This document shows, piece by piece, positions 34,734 to 58,781 of a stretch of DNA of 64,000 bases (position 1 is the first letter of the stretch; each line of letters starts with the position of its first letter). This DNA is from Hormiphora californensis (taxonomy: Eukaryota > Animalia > Ctenophora). The position numbers and the translations under genes are program-made. The notes beneath the pieces were generated by a model, which worked only from the letters and a program-made list of their open reading frames with translations, was not told the DNA's origin and made no database searches. The stretch lies in the NCBI GenBank assembly GCA_020137815.1, contig CM035353.1, positions 7,688,001-7,752,000 on the forward strand. The letters run 5' to 3'.

Positions 34734-34992
34734 GGTTTGTCAGGCAATTACCCCTGAAGCTGACTGTATTTTAGCGAACTGACTGCTTATGTACATTGTT
34801 CAACTTACCCTTATGTACATTGTTCTACCTACCTTTACTCCGGGCCCTCAGATCCAACAGGATCCGGGCTCGGGGGATTTAACCCTGCTCTCGCACGGGG
34901 CCTTACGGCCCCGTGTGGGAGTGGTGCGTGTAGTGGACCGAGAGAGAGAGAGCGAGGGAGAGACAGAAAGAGAGAGGGAGGAGAGAGAGACA

Positions 34993-35108
<116 letters not shown>

Positions 35109-36780
35109 TCTTGTTGTTTTGCACCCTCACTACTGGCTATTGTCCATCTAATACACACTACACAAACACTACACATCTTTTACCGGCACAATGCACATGT
35201 TGTACAGAGTTTTTAAACACACAAATACACACACTCATCTCACTTTCTACTCACTCACTCTCACTTTCTACTCACTCACTCTCACTTTCTACTTCTCACA
35301 TCCACACTAACAACAATCACCATTTGTCCTATGTCCCACATGTGTCCGATGTATGGCTGACTTGTTAAAATCGTTACGTCATATCATGTGTTAGCCTATC
35401 AGTGAGGGATATATGTCCCCCTCCCGCCTGACAATGGGTGATTTCACAGCACACATTGTTGGTGTGATTTATTTGGAGAAACTGTTACAGATAATCACAT
35501 GTTACTGTTACAGATAATCACATTTTACTAACTGTTATTACTCAAATTAAAAACAACGGAAGTTTTTAATTTGTATAAACTGCTCGCTGGCTAACCCCGT
35601 GCTAGAGCTCTCTGTTGATCTCGGACCAAGGGACAGGATATCTATCTTGTCATCAATCTACTAATCTCGCTATAACTGTTATTACTCTGAAAGTGAAAGT
35701 AAAGATATCTATCTGCACAACTCACTAGCCAGTAAACCACCTCTCTTTGTATTACAGATGCGATATGGGTGATAATATGTGTTGAGAAAGGAGGAGTACT
35801 AGCAGTGACACAACAGCTAAACAGCAACTCTTTTGATTTCCAGCACAACACATCTGCAGGAAGCAGCGGGGAGACACACAACAACCCATTCAATATGGGC
35901 ATGGTAAGAGAGGGAGGGAGAGAGGGGGGGGGGGCTTTCTAGAAATATCTGATAGTGATATATTTGTGATTTGTCACGTGTGATTCGATGCACGTTGATA
36001 TGTAGCAAGAGTGAAGCGGCGGCAGGAGCCCTCTCAGGAGGAGGTCTACCGCTCATACACGCCGCGCGTCAAGGTTCTATCATATTGTTAGCACTTTGCG
36101 CGCACACGCGTTCTCCTCTTTTTGGGTTGGAAATGACGAATTTAGAACTTATCCAAAACACCGAAGTTTTGTATGTACAGTGTGCCGTCACAAGCTTGGT
36201 ATGCTACAAGTAACCAATAATAAGCCGGGTCTGTATACTAATGATACCTATTTTCAGGAATGATGCATCCGTCAAAGATCGACAACTATTTATTGGCGGG
36301 GACACTTTTTACATTTACAAAATTGGAACATTTTACAAACCGGACTGTGTGCACTGGACACTGTTGATTTACTCAACAACACTGGACATGCTGTGTGCAG
36401 CTTATACGTGAATTTTATCATACAATTCTTTTTGCCAATATATACATACAAGATATATTTGATAACTTAATACACGGCAATTGAAACAACTGGATTTTCA
36501 TTGTGTGGCATTTTGGACTTGTACAATGTTGTGTGAAGTGAAAATGTTTTTTGAAGAAATCAGCTTGTGCCTGCAAATCTCTCATTTTTATTGTAGTGCG
36601 GAAGGGGGCCAATGTTTGCATTGTATCTGGCGGTGCCGGCTCGTTCTGAGAGCACTGGCGGCGCTTGTTACTCAACAAGTCGGCGCCGTAAGATACTGAT
36701 ACAGTTGATTGAGTAACTTACTCAACAAGATACAGTTGGATATGGAAGCATTGAGCCTGCTCATTGGGCGGACAATATCC

Positions 36781-36851
36781 TTAGAGTTGGGACGACTGGT
36801 AGCATGTAGCTGTACAGTACAGCTACATGCTACCAGTCGTCCCAACTCTAA
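36781..36851. repeat. Perfect 35-bp-arm palindrome with a 1-nt loop
   Basis: ttagagttgggacgactggtagcatgtagctgtac-a-gtacagctacatgctaccagtcgtcccaactctaa; outer IR caatatcc/ggatattg. Confidence 0.85.
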
Positions 36852-37431
36852 CTTAGAGTCTAAGGATATTGTGAATAGTGATTAGTGGTATTACTGATAT
36901 GATATTACCAGGGGGCTGTGAGATCATAGTGCAGTAGTGTAGTGGGGGTATTCCACTCACTCAATATTCATATGTGCGATTATATGTGTTCCCTTTCTCT
37001 TTGTACAAACTTAAGATTGTAAAGCTAATGAGTTTACATTGTTTGGGGAGGTCTAAATGAAATAAATAAAAAGGGGGCAGCTCAATTATAAAGGAGGGCA
37101 ACTCAATCTAGACTGATTTTCAGTAGATCCTTAATAGGGCTCCTTTTTACGTTTTAAACAAGTTCAAAACACACAATCTTTAAATTCAATCAATATAAGA
37201 AATAATCCACTTACAAAAACAAACACACAGTCACACACACAACCCTGCAGTGAAACCTTGGGGAGAAACACACACACACACTTCTCTGATTAGCACACAA
37301 TGAATCAATGTCATTGATTGTTAGCAGCATCTCTTTTTAATGAGAGACTTTAATAAACAACAAACTGTCCCCCTTCGCCACATGCTGCAATCTCTCACAG
37401 CCGCCCATCTGATAACCGTAAACTCTCCACT

Positions 37432-37564
37432 GTGATGACGTGACGTCACGCTGTGTTCATGATGACGTCACACTGTGTTCATGATGACGTCACACTGTGT
37501 TCATGATGACGTCACACTGTGTTCATGATGACGTCACACTGTGTTCATGATGACGTCACACCGT

Positions 37565-37572
<8 letters not shown>
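37432..37572. repeat. 22-bp tandem repeat carrying TGACGTCA
   Basis: Unit gtgttcatgatgacgtcacact, about 6 copies, starting at the homeobox stop codon. Confidence 0.85.
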
Positions 37573-46864
<9,292 letters not shown>

Positions 46865-48365
46865 CCTCAATTATACACCTGCAGAAAGAGTGTTGGGGTA
46901 GTGAAACAGTATTTCCTGTAAAGGACTGGAGTGAAGTTGGTGAATCGCTCTCTCACGTGCAACTCAGATATTAGATGCCCTCTCACGTGAAAGAGTTCTC
47001 TCTCTCACACACTCTCTCTCTCTCTCTCACACCCTCACCCAGACTCCCTTCCTTGCGTTCGCACCAGACACGAAAGGCCGGAGAGTTTCAACTCTCATTA
47101 TCACCGTCGTGTACCCTGTCCCAGTTACTCTGGGGACTACAACTCTAGTCCTAGCTGCATTATCGCTCAAATTTTATCCATATATATTCTGTTTCCTTCC
47201 CCTTCTCTCTCTTTCTCCCGTTCTCTATCTCTCTGGTTTAGTTCTCTATCTCTCTCTCTCTCTCTCTCTCACTTTCTCCCTTTCTCCCTCTGAAAAATCT
47301 CAAAAAAACAAATTGAGAAAGGTTTAAAAAGATGAACACTTGCTAGATAGAACCGAATGACTCGAATCATGGTGAACATCTGGATTCACTACAATATATT
47401 TTTCATCCGAGTTTTTTATTCGTGAAAACACTGATTATTACCCGGACAATGTATTTGTAAAAAAGGAATATAATAAGGAAAAACGAGGAAAAACTGTTTG
47501 GCGGTTCAGACCCGATCTGAGCCCACTATCAAAACGGGGTCTGACTTCGCTAGACAAAAGAATTAAAAGTAAAAAGTAAAACAAAACATTAGAAAAATAA
47601 AATTAACCGAGAAACAACAACTGTAAAATTAGAAATTCATGAAAAATGAAAGAAAAAAGTGAAAATACAAAAGTAAAAGACACGAAAGAGAAGGACGGGC
47701 GTGAGAAGTGGGGAGACAAATAGTAAACGCGGCCAAATTGTTCAGCGAATCTAATTATTGCTAAACAAGTTAACTCTCTCTCTCCCTCCCTATCTCTACA
47801 ACTCAATTGGGTGATGTGATAATTGTGTTACATATAAGTAATTGTGTTACAACATTTCAAAATTAATTAAGCTGAAAGCTGCAGTATTATATACGTACTA
47901 ACTTGATAACTAACCTTTTTAACTCAATATAAAAATATCCAAATGGTGTGCAGGTCCTTTATTATTTGCACCCCTCTCCACAGACAAACAAGCTTTCAGT
48001 GCCACGTGATTTGGGAACCAATCAGGGGCCAGGAGACACATCACGTGATGAGAAGGGAGGCACCTGATAGGGAAATGTCACGTGGGGAGGGGAGGTCAAC
48101 CAATAGGAGAGTAGTGGAGCAGTAGGCCCTGAATCAGTACAAGTTTTGTAGCTAGATAATAAGTAACATGAGTCCTTCCTTCTTCTCCACCTGCAGTCCT
48201 ATCTTTCTCTCTTTCTGTATGTCCTCCAAGTCCCTCTCTCTCTGTCTCTCTGTCCTCTTGTTGCCCTTCTTTAATTTTCTACATCTTCTAATCTCTAAGT
48301 CTAAACTCTCTGTCTCCATCTCTTTCCCTACACCCTATCTTCCTTCTGACTTCACCCTCTCTCTC

Positions 48366-48449
<84 letters not shown>

Positions 48450-49635
48450 CATTTCTCTCTAATTTTGTCATCTTTATCTCTTCACATTGCATCATTTCAC
48501 CCGGGTTTTATTGATATTGTTCCATCGAGTCATCTAACGGATGCCCAAAGCGTCACGAGTTCCAACACCACATTGTCAGCGAAACTGCCAACTTCGTCGG
48601 AGACCGGAGACGCTCGCGCACCACAATACAGGGGATAGCGTGACGTGCCCAAAACACCACAATCAGAAAAGAGTTGTTGAGAAAGAAGAAAATAGAAATT
48701 TACAATGTCCTCGTGACGGAACGTTGATAAGGAACTGCCGTCCACTCTACAGGCAGGTAGTGAGCACAACAAGTTAACAAAATGGAGACGACAAATGTAA
48801 ATTGTAACCATTGAAAGAATGTTTGTCATATTGTCACTCCTTCATAATGGACCGCATAATGGGGTGATTGGCTTGTAAAGGAAGTACAATGAGAAAAGCC
48901 ACATGACTCACTATTACGTCAGCACATGTGTACACATATCGAGAGTTTTACTGAGTTCAAATTGTGGATAACCCCCCTACATACAGTTCTGTATAGTGTC
49001 GGTCTGTATGTAGGGGGGATTCCAAATTGTGGTAAAGGTGGACGCGGTGGAAACTGTGTAGGTGGGGAAACACGTCCGGGGAGGTCATTCCAAGTCAAAA
49101 CACGGATGTATGTTTGAACGTTGAAATCGGGGTTAGGGTGGGGTTAAGGTTAGGGTTAGGGTGGAGTTAGGGTTAAGGTTAGGGTGGGGTTAGGGACGTG
49201 TTTCCCCACCTACACAGTTTTATAGCAGCATTATATTTGCAAATATTTGAACAGTTGCAGTTGATTTTATGAGATGTCAGATGGTCACCCATATCCTGGC
49301 CCCTCTTCTAGTATACTCATTCAAGGTTGATCTCAGATAGATATCATGCTGCTGTATACTATTGACGTTGTTTTGAATTTAATGTGTCATACTAACTGAT
49401 GGGAGACACAACGTGCAGTCCAAATGATACAGTAGATAATAATAATGTTGAGGCAGCCGACATGTGGGTACATGTGATTTGTTGAGTAAGGGGGAAAACA
49501 CATGTGATGGTACTTTCGCATATTCACGTCAGACCCTTTTTTGTAAGACAAATTAAACAACATTTCACAAAGATGGACTATCTTTCGAGAGATACAGCTG
49601 AATTTCGTTAACACATTTCTTCACTATCTCTCTCT

Positions 49636-52016
49636 CTAGTGGTAGTCTCTATCACTGCGCTGGCAAGCGCAAAGGTGGCCCCATCCCATCCCCCCAAAAC
49701 TTTTCCCGAAAAAGTGGGCCCGCTTGCCAACAGCGTAGATATAACAATTTTGAAGTTTTAGCCCATTTTGGCACTTTTCAACCCATCCAAACTCCAGAAC
49801 CAGATGAGGTAGGAGGCTGAAATTTGGTACTAAGAAGCTTCACATAGACCTCTACTGACGGTAAAAATTTCAAGTAGCTAGCTCATTCCGGTCGCAAGTT
49901 ATGACACCACCCCCAAAACAGAAAATTCAGTGTGGCGAGAGATAGATAGATATCACTGCGCTGGCAAGCGCAAAGGTGGCCCCATCCCCTCCCCCCTAAA
50001 ACTTTTCCCGAAAAAGTGGGCCCGCTTGCCAACAGCGTAGATATAACAATTTTGAAGTTTTAGCCCATTTTGGCACTTTTCGACCCCTCCTAACTCCGGA
50101 ACCAGATGAGCTAGGAGGCTGAAATTTGGTACTAAGAAGCTTCACATAGACCTCTACTGACGGTAAAAATTTCAAGTAGCTAGCTCATTCCGGTCGCAAG
50201 TTATGACACCACCCCCAAAACAGAAAATTCAGTGTGGCGATAGGTATATATATATATAGATAGATAGATAGATATATAGATATAGACGCTTCACTGTGTA
50301 ACACTTGTAGCTCGAACCATACTAGCTAGAGACTTGAACCAAGTTTTATCCATTAGAAAATCGTTCGGGTCATGCATTAGTTAGGGTTTCAAGTGAAAAT
50401 GTCCACTATGACGGGCGTAATGACGTCACAAAGTGACGTCATTGAAAAATCTCAGACCAAATAGTTTCAAACGCCTCTAGCACCCTCAAGACATTTTTCA
50501 ATTCCTGATTTGACGCAAAATCGTTAGTGGCAAATTGTCTGAACTTTCAGATACTATATTAAAAATTTTTCTAACTTGTCATTTTCAGACCTTAAAACGC
50601 GTCGGAACTCAAAAATTTGATGTGAAAATCCACATAAAAACTCACATTTCGTACAATAACTTCAGTTCTTGACTACCATGGCCTTTAAAACTGTTCACAC
50701 GTTTAGTGCTTCATTGGCCGAATGGTCTGTCATAATTTTTCACGTCGTCGTGACGTCACGTGTGACGTCACGACGTCAAAACGACGTCGAATTTTGAAAA
50801 TTTAGTCAAATCAGTTTCCTACAACCCAGGTACATTTGAATTACATTTGAACACTTTAGTTGACAATTAGCTTAGTTGTTTGAGGTCATAAATGACCTCA
50901 GACGACCAAAAAAGAATACAAATTTAGAGCAAAAACTAATTGAAATTAGTTCGCCAGAAAGGTGGCCCATTTTGAACTTACTCCTTCATTTCCGTCACCT
51001 TTGAGTTGAAGGCGGAAAAGTTTACGGATACCTCAATGTCTTTGAAGCCTCAACTCAAAGGTGACGGAAATGAAGGAGTAAGTTCAAAATGGGCCACCTT
51101 TCTGGCGAACTAATTTCAATTAGTTTTTGCTCTAAATATAGATATATAGATAGATATATATAGACGCTTCACTGTGTAACACTTGTAGCCTGAACCATAC
51201 TAGCTAGAGGCTTGAATCAAGTTTTATCCGTTAGCAAATCGTTTGGGGCATGCATTAGTTAAGGTTTCGAGTGAAAATGTCCTCTATGACGGGCGTAATG
51301 ACGTCAGAATGTGACGTCATTGCAAAATCTCAGACCAAATATTTTCAAACGCTTCTAACACCCTCAAGACGAATTCTGATTCCTGATTTGACTAAAAATC
51401 GTTAGTGGCAAATTGTCTGAACTTTCAGATACTATATCACAAATTTATCTAACTTGTCATTTTCAGACCTTAAAACGCGTCGGAACTCAAAAATTTGATG
51501 TTAAAATTCACATAAAAACTCACATTTCGTGCAATAACTTCAGTTCTTGAGTGCCATGGCCTTTAAAACTTTTCACGCGTTTAGTGCTTCATTGGCCAAA
51601 TAGTCTGTCATAATTTTTTACGTCGTCGTGACGTCACATGTGACGTCACGACGTCAAAACGACGTCGAATTTTGAAAATTTCGTCAAATCAATTTCCTAC
51701 AACCCAGGATACATTTGAATTACATTTGAACACTTTAGTTGACAATTATCTTAGTTGTTTGAGGTCATAAATGACCTCAAACAACCAAAAAAGAGTACAA
51801 ATTTAGAGCAAAAACTAATTGAAATTAGTTCGCCAGAAAGGTGGCCCATTTTGAACTTACTCTTTCATTTCCGTCACCTTTGAGTTGAAGGCGGAAAAGT
51901 TTACGGATACCTCAATGTCTTTGAAGCCTCAACTCAAAGGTGACGGAAATGAAAGAGTAAGTTCAAAATGGGCTACCTTTCTGGCGAACTAATTTCAATT
52001 AGTTTTTGCTCTAAAT
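49636..52016. mobile_element. Composite A-A-B-B repeat (two about 300-bp units, two about 860-bp units) separated by TAGA/TATA microsatellites; possibly a non-autonomous Helitron-like element
   Basis: A copies about 49651-49940 and 49952-50240; B copies about 50282-51137 and 51160-52016, each ending in a long palindrome. Class assignment is inference. Confidence 0.65.
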
Positions 52017-52187
52017 ATCATTATACTCTTCATGACATACATTGCCTGCAAGATGTACACGTGCTTTTCCTCTACTTCTAACTTGTTGTAACTTGTTGTA
52101 GCAGTGTTTCTACACATTGTAGCAGTGTTTCTACACGTTGTAACAGTGTTTCTGTGGGCACGATGTGTGATCGTGACTCCCTCTCCT

Positions 52188-54096
52188 CTAGAACATTTTC
52201 CAGTTCTTAGCACGTCGGGTGGCGATATCAGCGGGGCTCTCAGCAATGGCTGTAGTACTGGTCTCCACTAGCAGCCAACTAACCACCGCTGCGATACAGG
52301 ACATGGTACCGATAATGATGATAGGGACAGAAGGGCCGGCAGCCTTAGCAAGGGCATTGAACATCATTGGGCCAAAGAAACCACCAACTCTGCTGATAAC
52401 GGAACACAGACTGAACACCAGACCCCGATGGGATGAGGGAGCTAGTTCACTAGACCACAGGTAGACACCGGAGAAGGCAGCTGATACAAAGACAATACCA
52501 AGAAGACAGGAGATGGATCCCACCGTCCAGTCCCCACTGACAGTGGTCTGACAGAGGGCGGTGAAGACAGCAATGGCAGCCAGGATGAACATGGTAACCA
52601 TGGAGAACCGCCTACCTAACCGGGAAACCACTGGGATAAACAGGGTATAGGCAGTTATCTCTCCAATCATAGCTGTGATATAACCCAGGTAGGGGTCAGG
52701 GATGATGCTGCCCCAACCGAAGTTGAAGGCGTAGTAAGCCATTCCAACAAAGAACCACAGGTACATCTGTCCCAGAGTTTCAAGGAGAAGGGTGGGATGT
52801 TTCACCAGATCCCTCAGCTGTGTGAGCAGGTTGCTACTGCTATCCCCCCTCTGGAGATCACCCATTTTGGGCAGGGTAACTCCGTTATAGTGGGCCAGTT
52901 TCTTGAGCACCTCCTCCGCAGAGTCCTGGTCTCCCTGTAGCATGTGGTATCGTGGGGACTCTGGTGCGTATATCTGGGGTATGGCGACCACTGCCATGAA
53001 GATGGCCATGGTGAGGAATAGATCGTTCCAGTCCTGGACCAGATAGGCAGCTAGAGCTAGGATGGAGTTACCAACAGCCCAGAGGTTCATGGCCCACCCG
53101 TTAACCAGGTTCCTGTATTGGGCAGGTAGAATCTCTACTGAGATGATGTACATGCCAGTACCCGCCAGGAAGGCCCCCAGACCCTGGATGAATCTGATAG
53201 CCAGGAGGAAGATATAGTTCTTACAGAACATTCCGATCAGGGAGGTCGTTACAACAAGGATACTGCCAAACCAGGCAGATCTCTTCCTGCCAAACTGGTC
53301 ATATGTCACACTGCCCACCAGGAGTCCCGTGAGGGCTCCGATAAAGAAGATGGACGACACCAGGTCCACTTGGAATGGTTGACAGACCAGGTCCAGATCA
53401 ATTGCGAAGGAGCTCCTGTTGGATTTTGGGATCCACACATAATCCGCACCACTCTCCCATCTACCAAACCTGTCTATTCGCCCAGCGGTGTCCGCACAGG
53501 GAAACAGTTCTTCTGTATCAGCCTGAAACATTGAAATATTATTATATTCAACGAATGATACAGTAAAGGTGATACGGTAAGGGTGACGGCCCTAACTCAA
53601 GATCTTGATTATCTAATATCGAACAAGGATTTACCTTCCATTCTGTCTGCAAGGTCTGGCACTCTTTAGAAACACACTTCCAGGAACTCGGCATCTCACC
53701 TGGAAACAAATGTCATATATCAGACACTGCAGTTACACATGATTAGAGCCTTCCCACATTAATGAATAATATTGTTTGGAGATGGAAAATCTTTGTGATA
53801 TAAAACTTTGTTGAGCAGGTAAAGCTAAACTAGTACTGCATATTTACTGACCCCCTAAGGCCACGGGGCACTTGCCAGTGCAGTGACTAGTACCATATTT
53901 ACATACCGCTGAATGAAGGGGAGTAGATGATCATTGGGTTACCCAGCCACCACGCCATCATGGAGAGCACCACGAATATAAAGAGAGGTCTCCTGTTAGA
54001 AGCAATCCGGTCTATCATATCATCTAGTGTCCCCCCTGATCCCTCCTGATCCATCTCCCCCATCTCCATTGCAGCAACCTTGTTGTTCCCCGGCAT
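52188..54096 (-). CDS. SLC22-like organic cation/anion transporter (MFS), 3 exons, about 529 aa
   Basis: Exons 53907-54096, 53635-53699, 52188-53522 in phase; Cys-containing first loop, DLDLVC, DQFGRK, RFIQG, EILP..YR, PESPRY, LGRR, ELAPSSHRG; about 12 hydrophobic segments. Confidence 0.88.
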
Positions 54097-56669
54097 AACA
54101 CCTGGATCTACAGGGTGTTATCTCTCTACTACTCATCACCAGCACTCTCTTGGAACTCGGCAGGGCAGACATGTACAATATAGTGGAGCTATAGCTAGAA
54201 TATAATGCAGAGGTCTGTTTAACGTGTCGTGGAAGTATTGGACACACAGAGAACTATATTCTAACCACACTTCCACTGTCAGAACATTGGCATGATCCTA
54301 TTCTCATTTGTTTCAAAGAGCAGCATATATTGGCCTCACAACACTTCCATACCAAGACACGTCATACAGTAACCCAAACTAAGATAATAATATTGCCTTT
54401 TAATTCTCAATACAAGGACTGTACGGGAGATAACGATATGTTAAATTATCTAGGACCAGCTAGGTAAGGCTTGTGTTACGCAGAAGGATTAAATTGTCAA
54501 TAGACGCTGCGATCTGAGAGACCAGGTGATTGTCCATATGGAATGAGATAGTTACTAAGATTGCGTTGTGTTTCCATGAAATTAAAACACTGAAATACTC
54601 GTGGTATTATAATTGTGTTTTACAATCTGAGAGGAATCGAGCTGATGGAAACAATATCAAACAACATATGCCGTGTGTGTCTCTGTTCACCAGAGTGATA
54701 TGGTTTTCTAAACAGCTGGTCCTCTAGAGGGCTGCTACAACAAGTCACATGTAATTACAACACCAGAATGAACAGGCATGGCTGCTACAAAGTTCCAACA
54801 CCAGAATAATGATGGCCCAAATAACTGCTGCGTGAGCTGCTGCAGTAGTGGCACAGAGGACTAAAGTGTACCATTAGTGAAACCCTGACTCATGAGAGAG
54901 GACTAGTGCACAAGTGACATGGTGGCCCGAATGGCTGCTGCACTGCGTGGCCCGGATGATAGAGGAATGCCGGGAAATTAAATATATACTTGTGCCAGTG
55001 TCAGCAGCAGAACTAATGCAATAATAGGTGCTTCTAGGGAGTGGCACGTCATGGTGCAGTGCAGTACTTGCAGAGTTTAAATATAGGAGCTGAATATTGG
55101 AAAACACGCCCCTCCTGGTACCGTGTTCAGCAGTAGTGCCCCTCTTGGTAGCAGTGAATTTAGTATCGTGTCTAATAGAGGGTGTGGTTGTGAGCCGGAA
55201 ACATGCTTCGCACTTGACTAATATATATCACAGTTCAGAGTGGGAGAAACCAGCAAAACAGGCTTGTGTGTTGTGATGGGCAAATGTTGCCTTTTTAAGC
55301 CGCCCCTTGCAAGGGAGAGAAAGGGAGAGAGAGATAGATAGAGAAAGGAAGAGAGAGAGAGAGAGAGAGAGAAAACGAGGAGGGGTAAAGAATGATAACT
55401 TGCGATAATGCTAGCTAAGTCTTATCAAAGCTGGCTTAACAAGTTTACAGCATTCCCCCAAAAATCAAAAATTAGATTAATCTAAAGTCACCGGCCGATA
55501 AAATAAAAATGCAGACTTGAATTTCAATTGGAGAGAGGTGGTACTGGAGGCCTCTAACTCCTCAAGTCGTTAGGGAAGGAGATAAGAGGAGACGCCTTGT
55601 AGCCTAGTGGATTATTTGTTATGTTTCTCAAATAAAAAAGACACCAAAAAAGACTTCAAACTGATAAGTATTAACCTTTTTTCATTCTGTCTTATCAGGC
55701 CTGTATGGGTTTTAATCAATTATGCAAAGGTGAAAAATGATGAAAGGGTGGGCCCAGGCCCAGTGGCATGATAAAGGCAAGGGCCACCCTTTCACGAAGT
55801 GTCCAGCCATATTTTACATCAAGTCACCTGGACAGTACTATTTACTGTCAGGCCAATGCTCTGACCACAGTTCTCGCGCGCTCCGAGAATGGGTCAGGCC
55901 AATGCTCTGACAGACTATTTACAGAACTCCACCATTTTTACCGGAATCCACAGACGTCCAGCAAATGACCTCAAATCATCTCAAATGATCACTGCAGTAG
56001 TCAGCAGTGTACAATGTACATCGTATCCATTCAGTTGGATACTCTTAGGTCAGACATACAAAACTCGCCACATGTCACGAATCCTAAAACAAGCACCCAG
56101 ATTATAATCACGCCTTGCTCAACCCTCTGACCTCTCCCCTCGCATTGAGCTAATCTGAGCAGAGTCATCATATCACATTTGCTTTGCCAAGTCCTTCATC
56201 AGATCTGAAATACAGATAATTTGTTATATATAAGCTCAGCACTAGATAAATCAATAAATACGACTGTTAACTAAATAATAAATAGTTACGTTTGTTGGGA
56301 CAATATGCTACAATAACGTACCGACTGTATACGAGGTTCCAATTGTGTTTCCAAGCCCAACGGTGACGTGGTAAATAGACCTAAGGTTGGTGGGAAAATT
56401 TAAGTGGAATAAAAACTGTATAAGTTTCTTCAACTAAACACATGACCTTGGTTAGGGGTTTCCCATGTATAAGGTCTACATGGTGCACAGAGCTTTTCTG
56501 AATCAGTTTTTCGAGACGAATCGAATGCAGTTGGAATTAGCTTTCTATCTTATCGGGAAGTGCTGGGTCTGGGGGGTCCATCATGACCACAAGATGGGGT
56601 CCCCGGGCCCCTCGCGAGGTCCTGGCATGGGTCGTGTATGGGAGGATACACACACACAAGCTGGGGGCA

Positions 56670-57292
56670 GCCAACTGGAGTTTAATCGCCCGGCAGGGCG
56701 ATTAAACTGGTTTAAATCCCGACGCCGATCCCGAGGCGCCAGCCGAGGGTGAGGGGGAGGTGATTTAAACCTATAACGCGATAGGCTAACAAACGTTCAT
56801 AGTTTATGAAACCCGATAGTAATTACACACAAATAAGAGACACAACACAAGGGGTAACACACAAGGACTACTGGCAAATAGTCAACAGACACTCTCAAAA
56901 TGTGTGTAGACTTAGTGTCTACTGTTCCTAACATGTTTGAGAAAGAGAGAGAAAGATTAGGGGCAAAACACACAGTGAGAGATATTGAACAGTAAAAGAG
57001 AGAATGAGAGAGAGAAACGAATGGAATGCGACTATTTTGCCTCTTGATGAGAGAGATAACATTGAAAAGTGTTGCAGATGTGTTCCCCTCTCTGTTATTG
57101 ACAGAACTGTGTGTTTACACACATTTTCATTACTTGGAAATTTACACGCATGTTATGGAAATGAAGAGAAACGCGTGAAAATGGGCACTGGTCTGATAAA
57201 GAGCGAGCAGGGTGTTAAATCCCCCATCTCGCAGTTAACGTGTGCGCGTAAAATGTTCAAACGACTGATAAATCAACTATCGGGTTTCATAC
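56670..57292. mobile_element. Second member of the hairpin-rich repeat family at 10.1-10.8 kb
   Basis: aaactggtttaaatc...ccgaggc...gccgaggg...tttaaacctataacg block; IR atgaaacccgatagt/actatcgggtttcat. Confidence 0.55.
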
Positions 57293-58435
57293 ACCAGTAA
57301 AAATTAAAAATTAAAATGAAGATCTCACTACCCGAGGCACTGCATTCCACAACTGAGCTCCTTTTTCGCCGAATGATGAGTCATAGGGGCCAGAGATGGA
57401 TTTTGGATGGATGGGCCAAGTAATTATACCGAGGGGCGAGGGATTATCGCTCTGGTGCCAAGGCGTGGGTGCTCTGTAAACAAGAGACTCGTACTGTTTG
57501 GTACACTACGCTGAACCGCCTAACCAACTCTAGTCTCTACCACGGGTAGATCAGACCGTCTCACCTCCACTATGGGCGAAACCATTGGCGGAAGTTGATC
57601 TTTGTTGAGTAAGGTTAGTAATTAGTTACTCAACTGTCAACAACTGGCTGCTGAATGCTTACAATCTAAACACCTGGCCCACATTGTAACTTGTCCCGTC
57701 AAGAGCTTATCATGCTAGGCAGTCTGCCCGTCCGGCGAGTTAAGCGTCTTGGAGCTTACGGCTACGCTGAACTCTCGCCCTTCGGGCTCGCGTAATTAAG
57801 CTCACACCGTACCGGGCCTTCGGCCCGGTGTGACAGCCCACAGACTGTCAATCAAGACTGGAAGAAAGTTCCGCGAAAGCCTCTCCGGCCCTCTTTAGGG
57901 GCAAAAATGGTGTGTAAACGGTGTGTAAATACTTTTTAGGGATCCTTCGAGACTTAAGCTGTTAAAAAAAGTAGAAAAAACAGTGCACGAAAAATAAAAA
58001 ATAATAAGACTTGTCGTGCATGTGGTAACCTAGAAAAACATAAATACGCTGCATTACCCAAATGCGCGTTGTAGTAAAATGCGCGTCTTACACCCAGCGC
58101 GGTGCGGAGATCAGAGAAAGCGGCCAGCGTTAAAGTCCGTTTCAAGCGACTTGACCCGTAATTCTTGGAATTTGGCGCATTGCGCGTGTATTTACAAAGG
58201 GGAAATCCTGAATTTCCAGGAATCTCAGGTCAAGTCGTTTGAAACGCACTTTAAAATCTGGGTGTTTCGTTGAAAAGCGCTGCCTTATCCCGCGCTGTGC
58301 GTGGGGCCAGCAACGTTTGCCAAGGTGTTTCGTGAATGCTGACAAACGGTTATTTAAGGTTAGGGCTGAAGTAGGGTTAGGGTTAAGGTTGGGGTTTGGG
58401 TTGGGGTTAGGCCTTGACCTTTCCTATAAGGAACC

Positions 58436-58781
58436 ATAATAAAGTTCAAGAGCCTCCAAGAGCACCCAAGAGCGCACCCCATCGAAGAGAGACCACACCT
58501 GAGAGCGCACCACACCCAAAAGAGACCACAACCAAGAGCGTACCACATCCAGAAGAGACCACTCCAAGAGCGCACCACATCAAAGAGAGCTCCCCATCCA
58601 GAAGATACCACGCGCAGGGGACACCACGCGCAGAAGAGACCAGCGCGGTGTTGTATTTGCGCGTGCGGCCTCTTCTGCGCGTGGTATCCCTTGCGCGCGG
58701 TCTCTTCTGGATGGGGTGCTCTCCTGGTCCTGGTGTGCTCTTGGACCTGGTGCGCTCTTGGAGGCTCTTGAACTTTATTAT
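58436..58781. mobile_element. Foldback/MITE with about 30-bp TIRs and internal cagaagagacc repeats
   Basis: ataataaagttcaagagcctccaagagc...gctcttggaggctcttgaactttattat. Confidence 0.75.

Noticed and set aside
49128-49195. Interstitial telomere (TTAGGG-like)
   Set aside because: Short and degenerate, flanked by an inverted repeat (actgtgtaggtggggaaa/tttccccacctacacagt); better explained as part of a dispersed element.
54530-56220. Short ORFs upstream of the SLC22 gene (also 35600-36700)
   Set aside because: No recognisable domain or consistent exon chain; a gene cannot be excluded without RNA data.
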